Origin: an uncultured Simplicispira sp.
GTDB taxonomy: Bacteria; Pseudomonadota; Gammaproteobacteria; Burkholderiales; Burkholderiaceae_C
Direction: 5' to 3'
Length of the DNA stretch: 64,000 nucleotides
NCBI GenBank assembly: GCA_964388325.1
Contig: CAYMAC010000005.1
Location: 63,905-127,904 of the forward strand
The notes beneath the pieces were generated by a model. That model made no database searches. It was not told the DNA's origin and was given only the letters and a program-made list of their open reading frames with translations. Both the position numbers and the translations under genes were made by a program. Each line of letters begins with the position of its first letter. Within the stretch, counting starts at the first letter, position 1. This document shows positions 9,945 through 18,577 of this stretch, one piece after another.

Positions 9945-11300
9945 TCAACGCTGGCGCTGCGACAGCCACTCTTCTAGGTAGTGGATGTTGGTGCCACCAG
10001 CCATAAACTTGGCATCGACCATCAGCTCGCGGTGCAGAGCGATGTTGGTGTTAATGCCTTCAATCACCGTTTCGGCCAGTGCGGTACGCATCCGCGCCAA
10101 GGCTTGCTCGCGCGTGTCGCCATGCACAATGAGTTTGCCAATCATCGAGTCGTAATTGGGCGGCACATAGTAGTTGGTATAGACGTGTGAATCCACCCGC
10201 ACCCCCGGCCCACCCGGCGCGTGCCAAGTGGTGATGCGTCCCGGCGACGGCGTGAATTTGTACGCATCTTCGGCGTTGATACGGCACTCAATGGCATGAC
10301 CGCGCAACTGGGCGTTGATTTGGCGCTGCGTAAAGGGCAACTTCTCACCCGCTGCCACCATGATTTGGGTACGCACAATGTCCACGCCGGTAATCATCTC
10401 GGTGACGGGATGCTCTACCTGTACGCGCGTGTTCATCTCGATAAAGTAGAACTCGCCATCTTCGTACAAAAATTCAAACGTACCTGCGCCCCGGTAGCCA
10501 ATTTTTTTGCAGGCGGCTACGCAGCGGTCGCCAATGCGGTCAATCAGGCGGCGCGAAATGTCGGGAGCAGGTGCCTCTTCAATCACCTTTTGGTGGCGCC
10601 GCTGCATGGAGCAATCGCGTTCGCCCAAATAAACGGCGTTGCGGTGCTTGTCGGCCATGACTTGGATTTCAATATGGCGCGGGTTTTGCAGAAACTTTTC
10701 CATATACACCGCCGGATTGCCAAAGGCAGCTCCGGCTTCGGCCTTGGTCATCTGCACGGCATTGACCAGCGCAGCCTCGGTGTGTACCACGCGCATTCCG
10801 CGCCCACCACCACCACCGGCGGCTTTGATAATCACCGGGTAGCCGATGGCCTTGGCAATGCGCTTGATTTGCACCGGGTCGTCGGGCAGTTCGCCCTCGG
10901 AGCCGGGCACACAGGGCACGCCAGCGCGAATCATGGCCTGCTTGGCCGAGACCTTATCGCCCATGGTGCGGATGTTCTCGGGCGTGGGGCCAATAAACTG
11001 GAAGCCGCTTTTTTCTACCCGTTCGGCAAAATCGGCGTTTTCGGACAAAAAGCCGTAGCCGGGGTGAATGGCCTCGGAGTCGGTGACTTCTGCCGCCGAA
11101 ATAATGGCCGGCATATTCAGGTAACTGAGCGGCGAGGGGGCTGGGCCAATGCAAACGGCTTCTTCGGCCAGCTTGATGTATTTGGCATCGCGATCGGCTT
11201 CAGAATAGACCATTACCGCTTTGACACCCAGCTCTTGGCAGGCACGCTGGATACGCAGAGCGATTTCGCCACGGTTGGCGATCAGAATTTTTTTGAACAT
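9945..11300 (-). CDS. accC: Acetyl-CoA carboxylase, biotin carboxylase subunit
   Basis: '[21 protein letters not shown]' with an ATP-grasp core. ATG at 11300. Confidence 0.95.
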   Translation of the reverse strand: MFKKILIANRGEIALRIQRACQELGVKAVMVYSEADRDAKYIKLAEEAVCIGPAPSPLSYLNMPAIISAAEVTDSEAIHPGYGFLSENADFAERVEKSGFQFIGPTPENIRTMGDKVSAKQAMIRAGVPCVPGSEGELPDDPVQIKRIAKAIGYPVIIKAAGGGGGRGMRVVHTEAALVNAVQMTKAEAGAAFGNPAVYMEKFLQNPRHIEIQVMADKHRNAVYLGERDCSMQRRHQKVIEEAPAPDISRRLIDRIGDRCVAACKKIGYRGAGTFEFLYEDGEFYFIEMNTRVQVEHPVTEMITGVDIVRTQIMVAAGEKLPFTQRQINAQLRGHAIECRINAEDAYKFTPSPGRITTWHAPGGPGVRVDSHVYTNYYVPPNYDSMIGKLIVHGDTREQALARMRTALAETVIEGINTNIALHRELMVDAKFMAGGTNIHYLEEWLSQRQR

Positions 11301-11348
11301 GGGTGTTCTGGGAGCGGATGACTCGAAGGGGGAGAGCATCGCAGTGCT

Positions 11349-11795
11349 TTATTCAATGACGAACAAGGGCTGGCCGTACTCTACCGCCTGACCGTTTTCA
11401 CCCAAAATGCGCGTGACCGTGCCAGATTTATCGGCCTCAATCTCATTGAGGATTTTCATGGCCTCGATGATGCAGACGGTATCGCCCTCTTTGATTTGGC
11501 TGCCCAGCTCGACAAACGGCTTGGCACCGGGGCTGGAGGAGCGGTAAAACGTGCCTACCATGGGCGATTTAACGATGTGGCCGCTAGGCTCGGTGGGGGC
11601 GGGCAATTCGGCCACGGCAGCAGGCTGCACTGGGGCAGCGGCAGCCGCCTGCATGGGGGCGGCCACAAACTGCTGCACCACAGCACCGCCACCTTTGACG
11701 ATGCGGACTTTGCCTTCGGCCTCGGTGATTTCCAGTTCCGATACGTTTGACTCGGAAACGAGGTCAATCAGGGTTTTGAGTTTACGCAAATCCAT
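11349..11795 (-). CDS. accB: Acetyl-CoA carboxylase, biotin carboxyl carrier protein
   Basis: Biotinylation motif '[15 protein letters not shown]'. ATG at 11795 with GGAG 7 nt upstream. Confidence 0.9.
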   Translation of the reverse strand: MDLRKLKTLIDLVSESNVSELEITEAEGKVRIVKGGGAVVQQFVAAPMQAAAAAPVQPAAVAELPAPTEPSGHIVKSPMVGTFYRSSSPGAKPFVELGSQIKEGDTVCIIEAMKILNEIEADKSGTVTRILGENGQAVEYGQPLFVIE

Positions 11796-11918
11796 GCAAG
11801 GCTCCAAGAGCTAAAAACTGAACAGGGCGCGAATTTACCCTAATTTCACGCTACTGCGGTCTTTTAGGTATATCTGAGGTAAATAGAGGCAATCTTCGGA
11901 GTGCCCCAATGTCGGACG

Positions 11919-12491
11919 TTAGTGCAACTTGCTCCAACTTTGTAACAATTGCGCCGTCACTTGGCCGATTTTACGTTGTCGCACTTGACCATTGGCATCT
12001 AATAGCACCGTAAAGGGCAGGCCACCGCCCAAATTGCCCAGCGCGCGTGCCAAATCGCGCCCTGCTGTGCTGGCCAGTGCTACCGGAAAATCTACCGGCT
12101 GGCGGGCTAAAAATTGCTGCACCGCCGCTGGTTTGTCGATGGCTAGGCCCAGCACTTGCCAACCATTAGCGTGCTGTTGCTGAAAAAAAGCATTCAATAG
12201 CGGCATTTCGGCCACACAAGGCGGGCACCAAGTGGCCCAAAAATTGAGCAGCAGCGGCTGGTGCTGAAACTGGCGCAGCGCCACGGGCTGGCCCTCCATT
12301 GGGCTGGTAAAGGTTTTATCCCAAAAATCTGGCACGCCATCTGGGGCACCGGGCACGGGGGCGGGGCGCTGGCTTTGCCACCAGTTCCAACCAGCGCCAG
12401 CGGCTATTGCTACGGTGGCAGTGGCTCCAGCCAACAGCAGGCGGCGCGACTGGCCAGGAGCGGGGGCGTTGGGCGTGGTGGGCGTGTTCAT
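11919..12491 (-). CDS. TlpA-family periplasmic thiol:disulfide oxidoreductase (thioredoxin fold)
   Basis: 'WATWCPPC' active site and an N-terminal signal/Tat-like segment 'SRRLLLAGATATVAIAAGAG'. Its start overlaps the upstream stop as ATGA. Confidence 0.8.
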   Translation of the reverse strand: MNTPTTPNAPAPGQSRRLLLAGATATVAIAAGAGWNWWQSQRPAPVPGAPDGVPDFWDKTFTSPMEGQPVALRQFQHQPLLLNFWATWCPPCVAEMPLLNAFFQQQHANGWQVLGLAIDKPAAVQQFLARQPVDFPVALASTAGRDLARALGNLGGGLPFTVLLDANGQVRQRKIGQVTAQLLQSWSKLH

Positions 12492-13093
12492 GGCGCTGTA
12501 TCGGTAGCGGCCAGCAACTGGCGCACAGCTTCGGTGTGGCCGCGTGGCGTGCGTCCTTGGCTGTCGGGGCGCAGGGCGCCGCGCAGGTCATCCAAGTCGT
12601 AAATCAGTAAATGCACGCCCACCACGGTATCCCATTGCGGTAGCGGATGGCCGATGGTGAGTGCCTCTACCGGCTGGTCGTGCAGGCCGTTGACCATTTG
12701 GGCATCGTAGTCCACGCCCCGGTTAATCAACAGAATTTCTGCTGATTTGGAATCATCGCAAAACAAAGACAGGTAAATATCAGACAGCCGTGTGGCCGTA
12801 CCGTGCCACACTGCACCAGCCAAGTGGGGCCGAAAATCGGCCAGCCGCTCCATCCACAGCAGGGCCAACTCGCGCAAGGCGCGTAGTTCTTGCGGCTGGG
12901 TATCGGCGCAGAACAGCGCGATATGCTCGGCCACCGCGGCCTCTAGCAGGTCATTGTCGGGCAGGGCAGTGCGTGCAGGTAGGCCCAAGTCGCGTACAGC
13001 GCGGCGTTTGGCCGGGCCGTAGTCCAGCCCTTCATCTACCACCAGACGGGCGGCAGTTTGGGCAATTTCAGTGGCAAGGTGGGTGTTTTGCAT
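12488..13093 (-). CDS. Conserved hypothetical protein (about 201 aa), translationally coupled to the TlpA-like gene
   Basis: Coding-like composition. ATG at 13093 (MQNTHLATE...). The stop overlaps the tlpA-like ATG. Divergent from mpl with a 51-bp gap. I recognise no family motif. Confidence 0.55.
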   Translation of the reverse strand: MQNTHLATEIAQTAARLVVDEGLDYGPAKRRAVRDLGLPARTALPDNDLLEAAVAEHIALFCADTQPQELRALRELALLWMERLADFRPHLAGAVWHGTATRLSDIYLSLFCDDSKSAEILLINRGVDYDAQMVNGLHDQPVEALTIGHPLPQWDTVVGVHLLIYDLDDLRGALRPDSQGRTPRGHTEAVRQLLAATDTAP

Positions 13094-13144
13094 CGGTATA
13101 GTTCCAAGTTGGTATTGTGGCCTGCAACCGTAGAATCTGCGCCC

Positions 13145-14560
13145 ATGCACATACACATCCTAGGCATTTGCGGCACTTTTATGGGCGGCGTAGCCGCATT
13201 GGCCCGCGAGGCCGGACACCGCGTTACCGGCTGCGATGCTGGCGTTTACCCCCCCATGAGCGACCAGTTGCGCGCTTTGGGCATTGAGCTGATAGAGGGC
13301 TTTGGCACTGAGCAATTGGCCTTAAAACCCGATATGTTTGTGGTTGGCAACGTCATCAGCCGCGCCCGTCTGGCCGATGGCAGCCCCAAGTTTCCGCTGA
13401 TGGAGGCCATTTTGGAGGCCGGGTTGCCCTACACCAGTGGCCCACAGTGGTTGGCCGAAAATGTGTTGCAAGGCCGCCATGTGCTGGCCGTGGCCGGTAC
13501 GCATGGCAAAACCACCACCACCTCGATGCTGGCTTGGGTGCTGGAGTGCGCTGGCTTACAGCCGGGCTTTTTGGTGGGCGGCGTGCCGCTCAATTTTGGT
13601 GTGTCAGCGCGCTTGGGTGCGGGCACCCGACCTACTGCTGGCGCTGGCCCGGTAGGCAGCGCACCCTTGTTTGTGATTGAGGCCGATGAATACGATACGG
13701 CTTTTTTTGACAAGCGCAGCAAATTTGTGCATTACCGTCCGCGCACGGCCATTTTGAACAACCTAGAGTTCGACCATGCCGACATCTTTGATGATTTAGC
13801 TGCGATTGAGCGCCAATTTCACCATCTGGTGCGTACCGTGCCGCCGTCGGGGCGGGTGGTGGTCAATGGCTTAGAAGAGAGTTTGGCGCGGGTCTTGCAC
13901 ACCGGCTGCTGGAGTGAAACGAGTAGTTTTGGCGCAGCCGTGAGCGATTTCACGGCAGAAGGCCCACCCGATGCCTTTGATGTCTTGCAGCGGGGCCAGT
14001 GCGTGGCGCGGGTGGAGTGGGCGCTCAGCGGCGTACACAACCAGCTTAATGCCTTGGCCGCCATTGCTGCAGCCGCGCATGTGGGCGTGGCCCCAGCGGT
14101 GGCAGCGGCGGCTTTGGGTAGCTTTCAAAATGTGCGCCGCCGCATGGAGTTGCGCGGTGTGGTGCGTGGCATCACCGTTTACGATGATTTTGCCCACCAC
14201 CCCACCGCCATGCGAACCACGCTAGACGGCCTGCGCCAGCGTGTCGGCCCACAGGCGCGCATCTTGGTGGCCTTTGAGCCACGTAGCAACACCATGAAAC
14301 TGGGCACCATGAAGGCCCAATTGCCTTGGGCGCTAGAAAACGCCAATCAGGTGTTTTGCCACACCGCTGGGCTAGACTGGGACACCGCTGCTGCGCTGGC
14401 CCCTTTGGGGGCACAAGCGCACACGGCCCCCGACATTGCCACACTGGTGGCGCAAATCACCCAAGCGGCACAGCCGGGCGATTACATCTTGTGCATGAGC
14501 AACGGGGCGTTTGGCGGCATCCACAGCCTGCTACTGCAAGCCTTGGCAGATGGCGCTTAG
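13145..14560 (+). CDS. mpl: UDP-N-acetylmuramate:L-alanyl-gamma-D-glutamyl-meso-diaminopimelate ligase
   Basis: 'MHIHILGICGTFMGGVAALARE' and the Mur-ligase P-loop 'VAGTHGKTTTTSMLAWVL'. ATG at 13145. Confidence 0.9.
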   Translation: MHIHILGICGTFMGGVAALAREAGHRVTGCDAGVYPPMSDQLRALGIELIEGFGTEQLALKPDMFVVGNVISRARLADGSPKFPLMEAILEAGLPYTSGPQWLAENVLQGRHVLAVAGTHGKTTTTSMLAWVLECAGLQPGFLVGGVPLNFGVSARLGAGTRPTAGAGPVGSAPLFVIEADEYDTAFFDKRSKFVHYRPRTAILNNLEFDHADIFDDLAAIERQFHHLVRTVPPSGRVVVNGLEESLARVLHTGCWSETSSFGAAVSDFTAEGPPDAFDVLQRGQCVARVEWALSGVHNQLNALAAIAAAAHVGVAPAVAAAALGSFQNVRRRMELRGVVRGITVYDDFAHHPTAMRTTLDGLRQRVGPQARILVAFEPRSNTMKLGTMKAQLPWALENANQVFCHTAGLDWDTAAALAPLGAQAHTAPDIATLVAQITQAAQPGDYILCMSNGAFGGIHSLLLQALADGA

Positions 14561-14868
14561 TAGCTGATGGTCATGGAGGGCACATCCACATGGATGATGG
14601 GTTTGACCAACACCGCGTAGGTAGCACGGGCAAACTGGGTTAGCCATGCGGCATCAGACAGCAAGGGCGCACCAGCTGCTGCGGCTACCGTCAGCACCTT
14701 GTCGGCCAACAATACTTTGCCGCTGGCACGCAGAGGCTCGCACTCTAGGCGGATGAACTCATCATCCAGCCAGCGGCGGGCTTCTTCGTTGCTCATCGGC
14801 TCGGCGTGTTCTAAGTCGAAGCGAAACTCTTGGTTTTGCTCTAGGGTGACGGTAACTTCTCTGTGCAT
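14557..14868 (-). CDS. Small hypothetical protein (103 aa)
   Basis: Clean ORF with balanced composition and an ATG start but no convincing SD. Its stop interlocks with the mpl stop (TTAG). Family not recognised with confidence. Confidence 0.45.
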   Translation of the reverse strand: MHREVTVTLEQNQEFRFDLEHAEPMSNEEARRWLDDEFIRLECEPLRASGKVLLADKVLTVAAAAGAPLLSDAAWLTQFARATYAVLVKPIIHVDVPSMTISY

Positions 14869-14917
14869 GAATCTATCTTTCTAATCAAGAGGAGAACGGG
14901 CAGTGTCTCGGCAGCCC

Positions 14918-14938
14918 GGTGGCGCTGTTTGCGCCACC
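14918..14938 (-). other. Perfect 8-bp GC-rich stem-loop downstream of the DAHP synthase stop (no U-tract)
   Basis: GGTGGCGC (14918-14925) and GCGCCACC (14931-14938) with a 5-nt loop. No T-run follows on either strand, so it may be an RNA 3'-end stabiliser or an atypical terminator. Confidence 0.4.
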
Positions 14939-14941
14939 GCT

Positions 14942-14961
14942 AGCTTACACCAGCTTACACC
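14942..14961. repeat. Exact tandem duplication of a 10-mer (AGCTTACACC x2)
   Basis: Read directly: 14942-14951 is identical to 14952-14961. It lies in the intergenic region between the aroG-type gene and the small ORF. Confidence 0.85.
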
Positions 14962-14976
14962 CGTTTAGCCCATCTA

Positions 14977-16098
14977 TCAGCGGGTGCGGCGTGCTTGAAC
15001 GGCAGCAGCCAAGTCGGCCAAAGATTGCACCGAGTCATCCCAACCCAAGCAGGCATCGGTGATGCTCTTGCCGTATTCCAGGGCGCAGGGGTCGTCTTTG
15101 CCGGGGGTAAATTTTTGCGCGCCGGGGTTGATGTGACTTTCAATCATCACGCCAAACACACTGCGCGAACCGGCGGCCAGCTGCGCGCCAATATCGCGCA
15201 CCACCTCGCGCTGCTTTTCGTGCTGCTTGCTGCTGTTGGCATGGCTGCAATCGACCATCAGCGTAGCGGGCAGTTTGGCTGCTTCTAAGTCTTTACAGGC
15301 GGCGGCCACGCTGGTGGCATCGTAGTTGGGGGCTTTACCGCCGCGCAAAATGACGTGGCAGTCGGGGTTGCCAGTGGTATCGACAATCGCCACTTGGCCG
15401 TTTTTGTGTACCGACAAGAAATGGTGGCTGCGGCTGGCCGACTGGATGGCATCGGTGGCAATGCGGATGTTGCCATCGGTGCCATTTTTGAAGCCAATGG
15501 GTGCTGACAAGCCCGAAGCCAGCTCACGGTGCACTTGGCTTTCGGTGGTGCGTGCGCCAATGGCCCCCCAGCTAATCAAATCGCCAATGTATTGGGGCGA
15601 GATGACATCCAAAAACTCGCTGCCAGCGGGCACGCCCAAGCGGTTGATGTCAATCAGCAATTGGCGCGCCATACGCAGACCTTCGTCAATGCGGTAGCTG
15701 TCGTCTAAGTACGGGTCATTGATGAGACCCTTCCAGCCTACGGTGGTGCGCGGTTTTTCAAAATAGACGCGCATCACGATTTCTAGGGTGTCTTTGTATT
15801 GCTCGCGCACGGCTTGCAGGCGGCGCGCGTAGTCCAGCGCAGCGGCGGGGTCGTGGATGGAGCAGGGGCCAATGATGACCAACAGGCGGTCATCGGTGCC
15901 AGCGATGATGTTGCGAATGGTTTGGCGCGTTTGCGCCACCAGCGTCTCTATGCTGGTGCCCCGAATGGGGAAGAAGCGAATCAGGTGTTCGGGAGGGGGT
16001 AGCACGGTAATGTCCTTGATGCGTTCGTCGTCGGTTTGGCTGGTTTTCTCGACGTGTTGGTACCAAGGTTCAGTGGCGGGGGAGGCTTGGGGGCTCAT
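14977..16098 (-). CDS. aroG: 3-deoxy-7-phosphoheptulonate (DAHP) synthase, class I
   Basis: Collinear with E. coli AroG: 'DDRLLVIIGPCSIHDP', 'IVMRVYFEKPRTTVGWKGLINDP', 'GARTTESQVHRELASGLS', 'KSITDACLGW'. Feedback specificity (Phe/Tyr/Trp) cannot be read from the sequence. AAGGA SD lies 8 nt before the ATG. Confidence 0.9.
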   Translation of the reverse strand: MSPQASPATEPWYQHVEKTSQTDDERIKDITVLPPPEHLIRFFPIRGTSIETLVAQTRQTIRNIIAGTDDRLLVIIGPCSIHDPAAALDYARRLQAVREQYKDTLEIVMRVYFEKPRTTVGWKGLINDPYLDDSYRIDEGLRMARQLLIDINRLGVPAGSEFLDVISPQYIGDLISWGAIGARTTESQVHRELASGLSAPIGFKNGTDGNIRIATDAIQSASRSHHFLSVHKNGQVAIVDTTGNPDCHVILRGGKAPNYDATSVAAACKDLEAAKLPATLMVDCSHANSSKQHEKQREVVRDIGAQLAAGSRSVFGVMIESHINPGAQKFTPGKDDPCALEYGKSITDACLGWDDSVQSLADLAAAVQARRTR

Positions 16099-16135
16099 GT
16101 TTTTCGTCCTTTGGGTAAGTCAAAGTGGGGTTTTG

Positions 16136-16172
16136 AAAACAAAAAACCGCCGGGCTTTGCAGCAGCGGCGGT
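16136..16172 (-). terminator. Intrinsic terminator-like hairpin on the minus strand, 37 nt upstream of the aroG-type start codon
   Basis: Stem ACCGCCG (16146-16152) pairs with CGGCGGT (16166-16172). The 13-nt loop can form 2 more internal pairs. On the minus strand it is followed by TTTTTTGTTTTC (16146 down to 16135). Confidence 0.65.
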
Positions 16173-16470
16173 GTCTGAAAAGGGTCTAGGTGCTTGCGCG
16201 CTGGCCTCTCTCATCCGCCAAGGACAGAGAAATAGGACCAAAAATAAAAAGCGCATGTTATCGACATGGGCAAACAATGTAGCACAGTCTGGGGTGCTAG
16301 GGGCGTTTATGCACCCCAAGGCGCTGTCCTTTGGGTTTCAGTCCTAAAAGTTCAATGCACGCGGACAGCCAAGGTCGCTGTGTCCGATTTCATCGAACTA
16401 CAACATCCAGGCCAACGTATTGATTGCATCCTGAGCAGGAAAAAATCTACTTCGGGGTGGTGGAGAGGCA

Positions 16471-17043
16471 TCAATCGCGCACCTGCTCACCCCGCCTCCA
16501 GTGCTGCCAACGCTTTAACAGCGCCTGCCACCACGGCACCGGGGGCGGTGGTGCAGGTGGGGCCGGCTCGGAGGCGGCCTCCATGAGCAGCCCCAAGCCT
16601 TGCTGGTACATATCTAGCAGCAACAAGCCTTCGCCCAAGGTGCGCCATGCTAGGCGTTCCATGCGGTCAAAAACGGCCCCTTCTTGGCGGCTGCGCTGGG
16701 CCAAGGCTTCGCGCCAGTGTTGTACGGCTTGGGCCAGCTCGCGCAGGTCACGTTGGTAGCTGTGCCATTCGTACATGGATTTCCAGGCAGCACTAAGATG
16801 ACCGACCAAAGCCTGATGCTGGCGCAGTTCTTGTGCCAAGGTGGCAGCACGGCGGGCAATGGTGGTGGTTTCGCGCCGTTGCCGCCGCGCTCCTACGGCA
16901 CTATCTAGTGCTTTAGCCAAGCGGCTGACGTTTTCGCGCAGGCGGCGCAATTCCTCATCGGCCACACATTCGTGCAGCAGCAACAGGCTAATGTCCGCAA
17001 ACGAGTGTGCCGTTTGCGAGGCTTGCGTTAGTGGCCCGGCCAT
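16471..17043 (-). CDS. Hypothetical all-helical / coiled-coil protein (about 190 aa)
   Basis: The ORF has Arg/Glu/Gln/Leu-rich heptad-like segments, a 'PAPPAPPPPVPWW' proline stretch and a Trp-rich basic tail. I chose ATG 17043 (AGGA 10 nt upstream); the track start at 17079 is TTG. Confidence 0.5.
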   Translation of the reverse strand: MAGPLTQASQTAHSFADISLLLLHECVADEELRRLRENVSRLAKALDSAVGARRQRRETTTIARRAATLAQELRQHQALVGHLSAAWKSMYEWHSYQRDLRELAQAVQHWREALAQRSRQEGAVFDRMERLAWRTLGEGLLLLDMYQQGLGLLMEAASEPAPPAPPPPVPWWQALLKRWQHWRRGEQVRD

Positions 17044-17092
17044 CGTTATCCAGTCCTGTGGATGCTGCCAAGCCGCCAACTAAGCCAGCAGC

Positions 17093-18577
17093 TCAGGCTG
17101 TCCCCCCCACGGTCAGGCCATCAATACGCAGGGTAGGCTGGCCCACGCCCACGGGCACGCTTTGGCCCTCTTTGCCACAGGTGCCCACGCCACTATCAAG
17201 GCGCATATCGTTGCCAATCATGCGGATTTTTTTCAAAGATTCGGGGCCGCTGCCAATGATGGTGGCCCCTTTGACAGGATACAAAATTTTACCGTTTTCT
17301 ACCCAATAGGCCTCGCTGGCGCTAAAAACAAACTTGCCCGAGGTGATGTCCACTTGCCCACCGCCAAAATTGCTGGCGTACAAGCCTTTTTTGATGCTGG
17401 CAATGATTTCTTGCGGGTCTTTGTCGCCGCCCAGCATGTAGGTGTTGGTCATGCGCGGCATGGGGATGTGGGCATAGCTTTCACGGCGGCCATTGCCGGT
17501 GGGGGCCACGCCGGTTAGGCGGGCATTGAGGGCATCTTGGATGTAGCCCTTGAGGATGCCATCTTCAATCAGCACATTGCGCTGGCTGGCGTGGCCTTCG
17601 TCGTCCACATTGAGCGAGCCACGCCGGTCGGCCAAGGTGCCATCGTCTAGCACGGTTACGCCCTTGGCGGCCACACGCTGGCCAATGCGGCCACTGAAGG
17701 CGCTAGAGCCTTTGCGGTTGAAGTCGCCCTCTAGCCCGTGGCCTACGGCTTCGTGCAGCAGCACGCCGGGCCAACCGGGGCCAAGCACCACGTTCATCTC
17801 ACCGGCGGGTGCCGGGCGCGATTCCAAATTGACCAGCGCGGCATGAACGGCCTCATCCACATATTGCGTAATCAAGGCATCGTCAAAATAGGCCAAACCA
17901 AAACGGCCACCGCCGCCTGCCGAGCCTACTTCACGCCGCCCACCTTGCTCAGCAATCACCGTCACGGACAGGCGCACCAAGGGGCGCACATCGGCGGCCA
18001 AAGTGCCATCGGCACGGGCTACCAGTACCACATCGTATTCTGCGGCCAGCCCGGCCATCACCTGTGCCACGCGCGGGTCTTTGGCGCGGGCGCGTTGTTC
18101 TACGCGCTCTAGCAAGGCTACTTTGGCCGTGCTATCGAGGCTGGCGATAGGGTCAGTGCCGGGGTATAAGCTGCGGCTGGTGGCTACCTTGGGACGGCCT
18201 ACCTTGACCTTGCCCGCTTGGGCTGCGGCACCAATCGAGCGCACCGTGCGCGCCGCATCCAGCAGCGAGGCCAAAGAAATATCGTCCGAGTAGGCAAAGG
18301 CAGTTTTTTCGCCACTGACAGCGCGCACTCCTACCCCTTGGTCAATGCTGAACGAGCCGGTTTTGACAATGCCTTCTTCGAGGCTCCAGCCTTCGCTGCG
18401 GGTGTACTGAAAATACAGGTCGGCATCATCAACCTGATGGGCGCGGATTTTTGCCAGTGCCTGTGCCAAATGGCCCTCGTCTAAGCCAAACGGGGTCAGT
18501 AGCAACTGGCGGGCAATGTCGATACGTTCAAGGGTGGGCGCGCGCCGTGGCGCGGCAGAGGAGGTACGGGAGGTCAT
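17093..18577 (-). CDS. tldD: Metalloprotease TldD
   Basis: 'HEAVGHGLEGD' zinc motif and full-length TldD/PmbA architecture. Confidence 0.9.
   Translation of the reverse strand: MTSRTSSAAPRRAPTLERIDIARQLLLTPFGLDEGHLAQALAKIRAHQVDDADLYFQYTRSEGWSLEEGIVKTGSFSIDQGVGVRAVSGEKTAFAYSDDISLASLLDAARTVRSIGAAAQAGKVKVGRPKVATSRSLYPGTDPIASLDSTAKVALLERVEQRARAKDPRVAQVMAGLAAEYDVVLVARADGTLAADVRPLVRLSVTVIAEQGGRREVGSAGGGGRFGLAYFDDALITQYVDEAVHAALVNLESRPAPAGEMNVVLGPGWPGVLLHEAVGHGLEGDFNRKGSSAFSGRIGQRVAAKGVTVLDDGTLADRRGSLNVDDEGHASQRNVLIEDGILKGYIQDALNARLTGVAPTGNGRRESYAHIPMPRMTNTYMLGGDKDPQEIIASIKKGLYASNFGGGQVDITSGKFVFSASEAYWVENGKILYPVKGATIIGSGPESLKKIRMIGNDMRLDSGVGTCGKEGQSVPVGVGQPTLRIDGLTVGGTA

Noticed and set aside
10221-11321. 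366-aa ORF on the plus strand, antisense to accC
   Set aside because: It lies entirely inside a highly conserved accC gene. The translation is low-complexity (G/A/H/R-rich) with no motifs. Long antisense ORFs like this are expected in GC-rich coding DNA because stop codons are depleted.
16095-16319. 74-aa ORF upstream of the aroG-type gene as a protein-coding gene
   Set aside because: It has a TTG start and no SD, and it runs through an intrinsic terminator. It is treated only as a possible regulatory uORF (from ATG 16256) within the leader finding, not as a gene.
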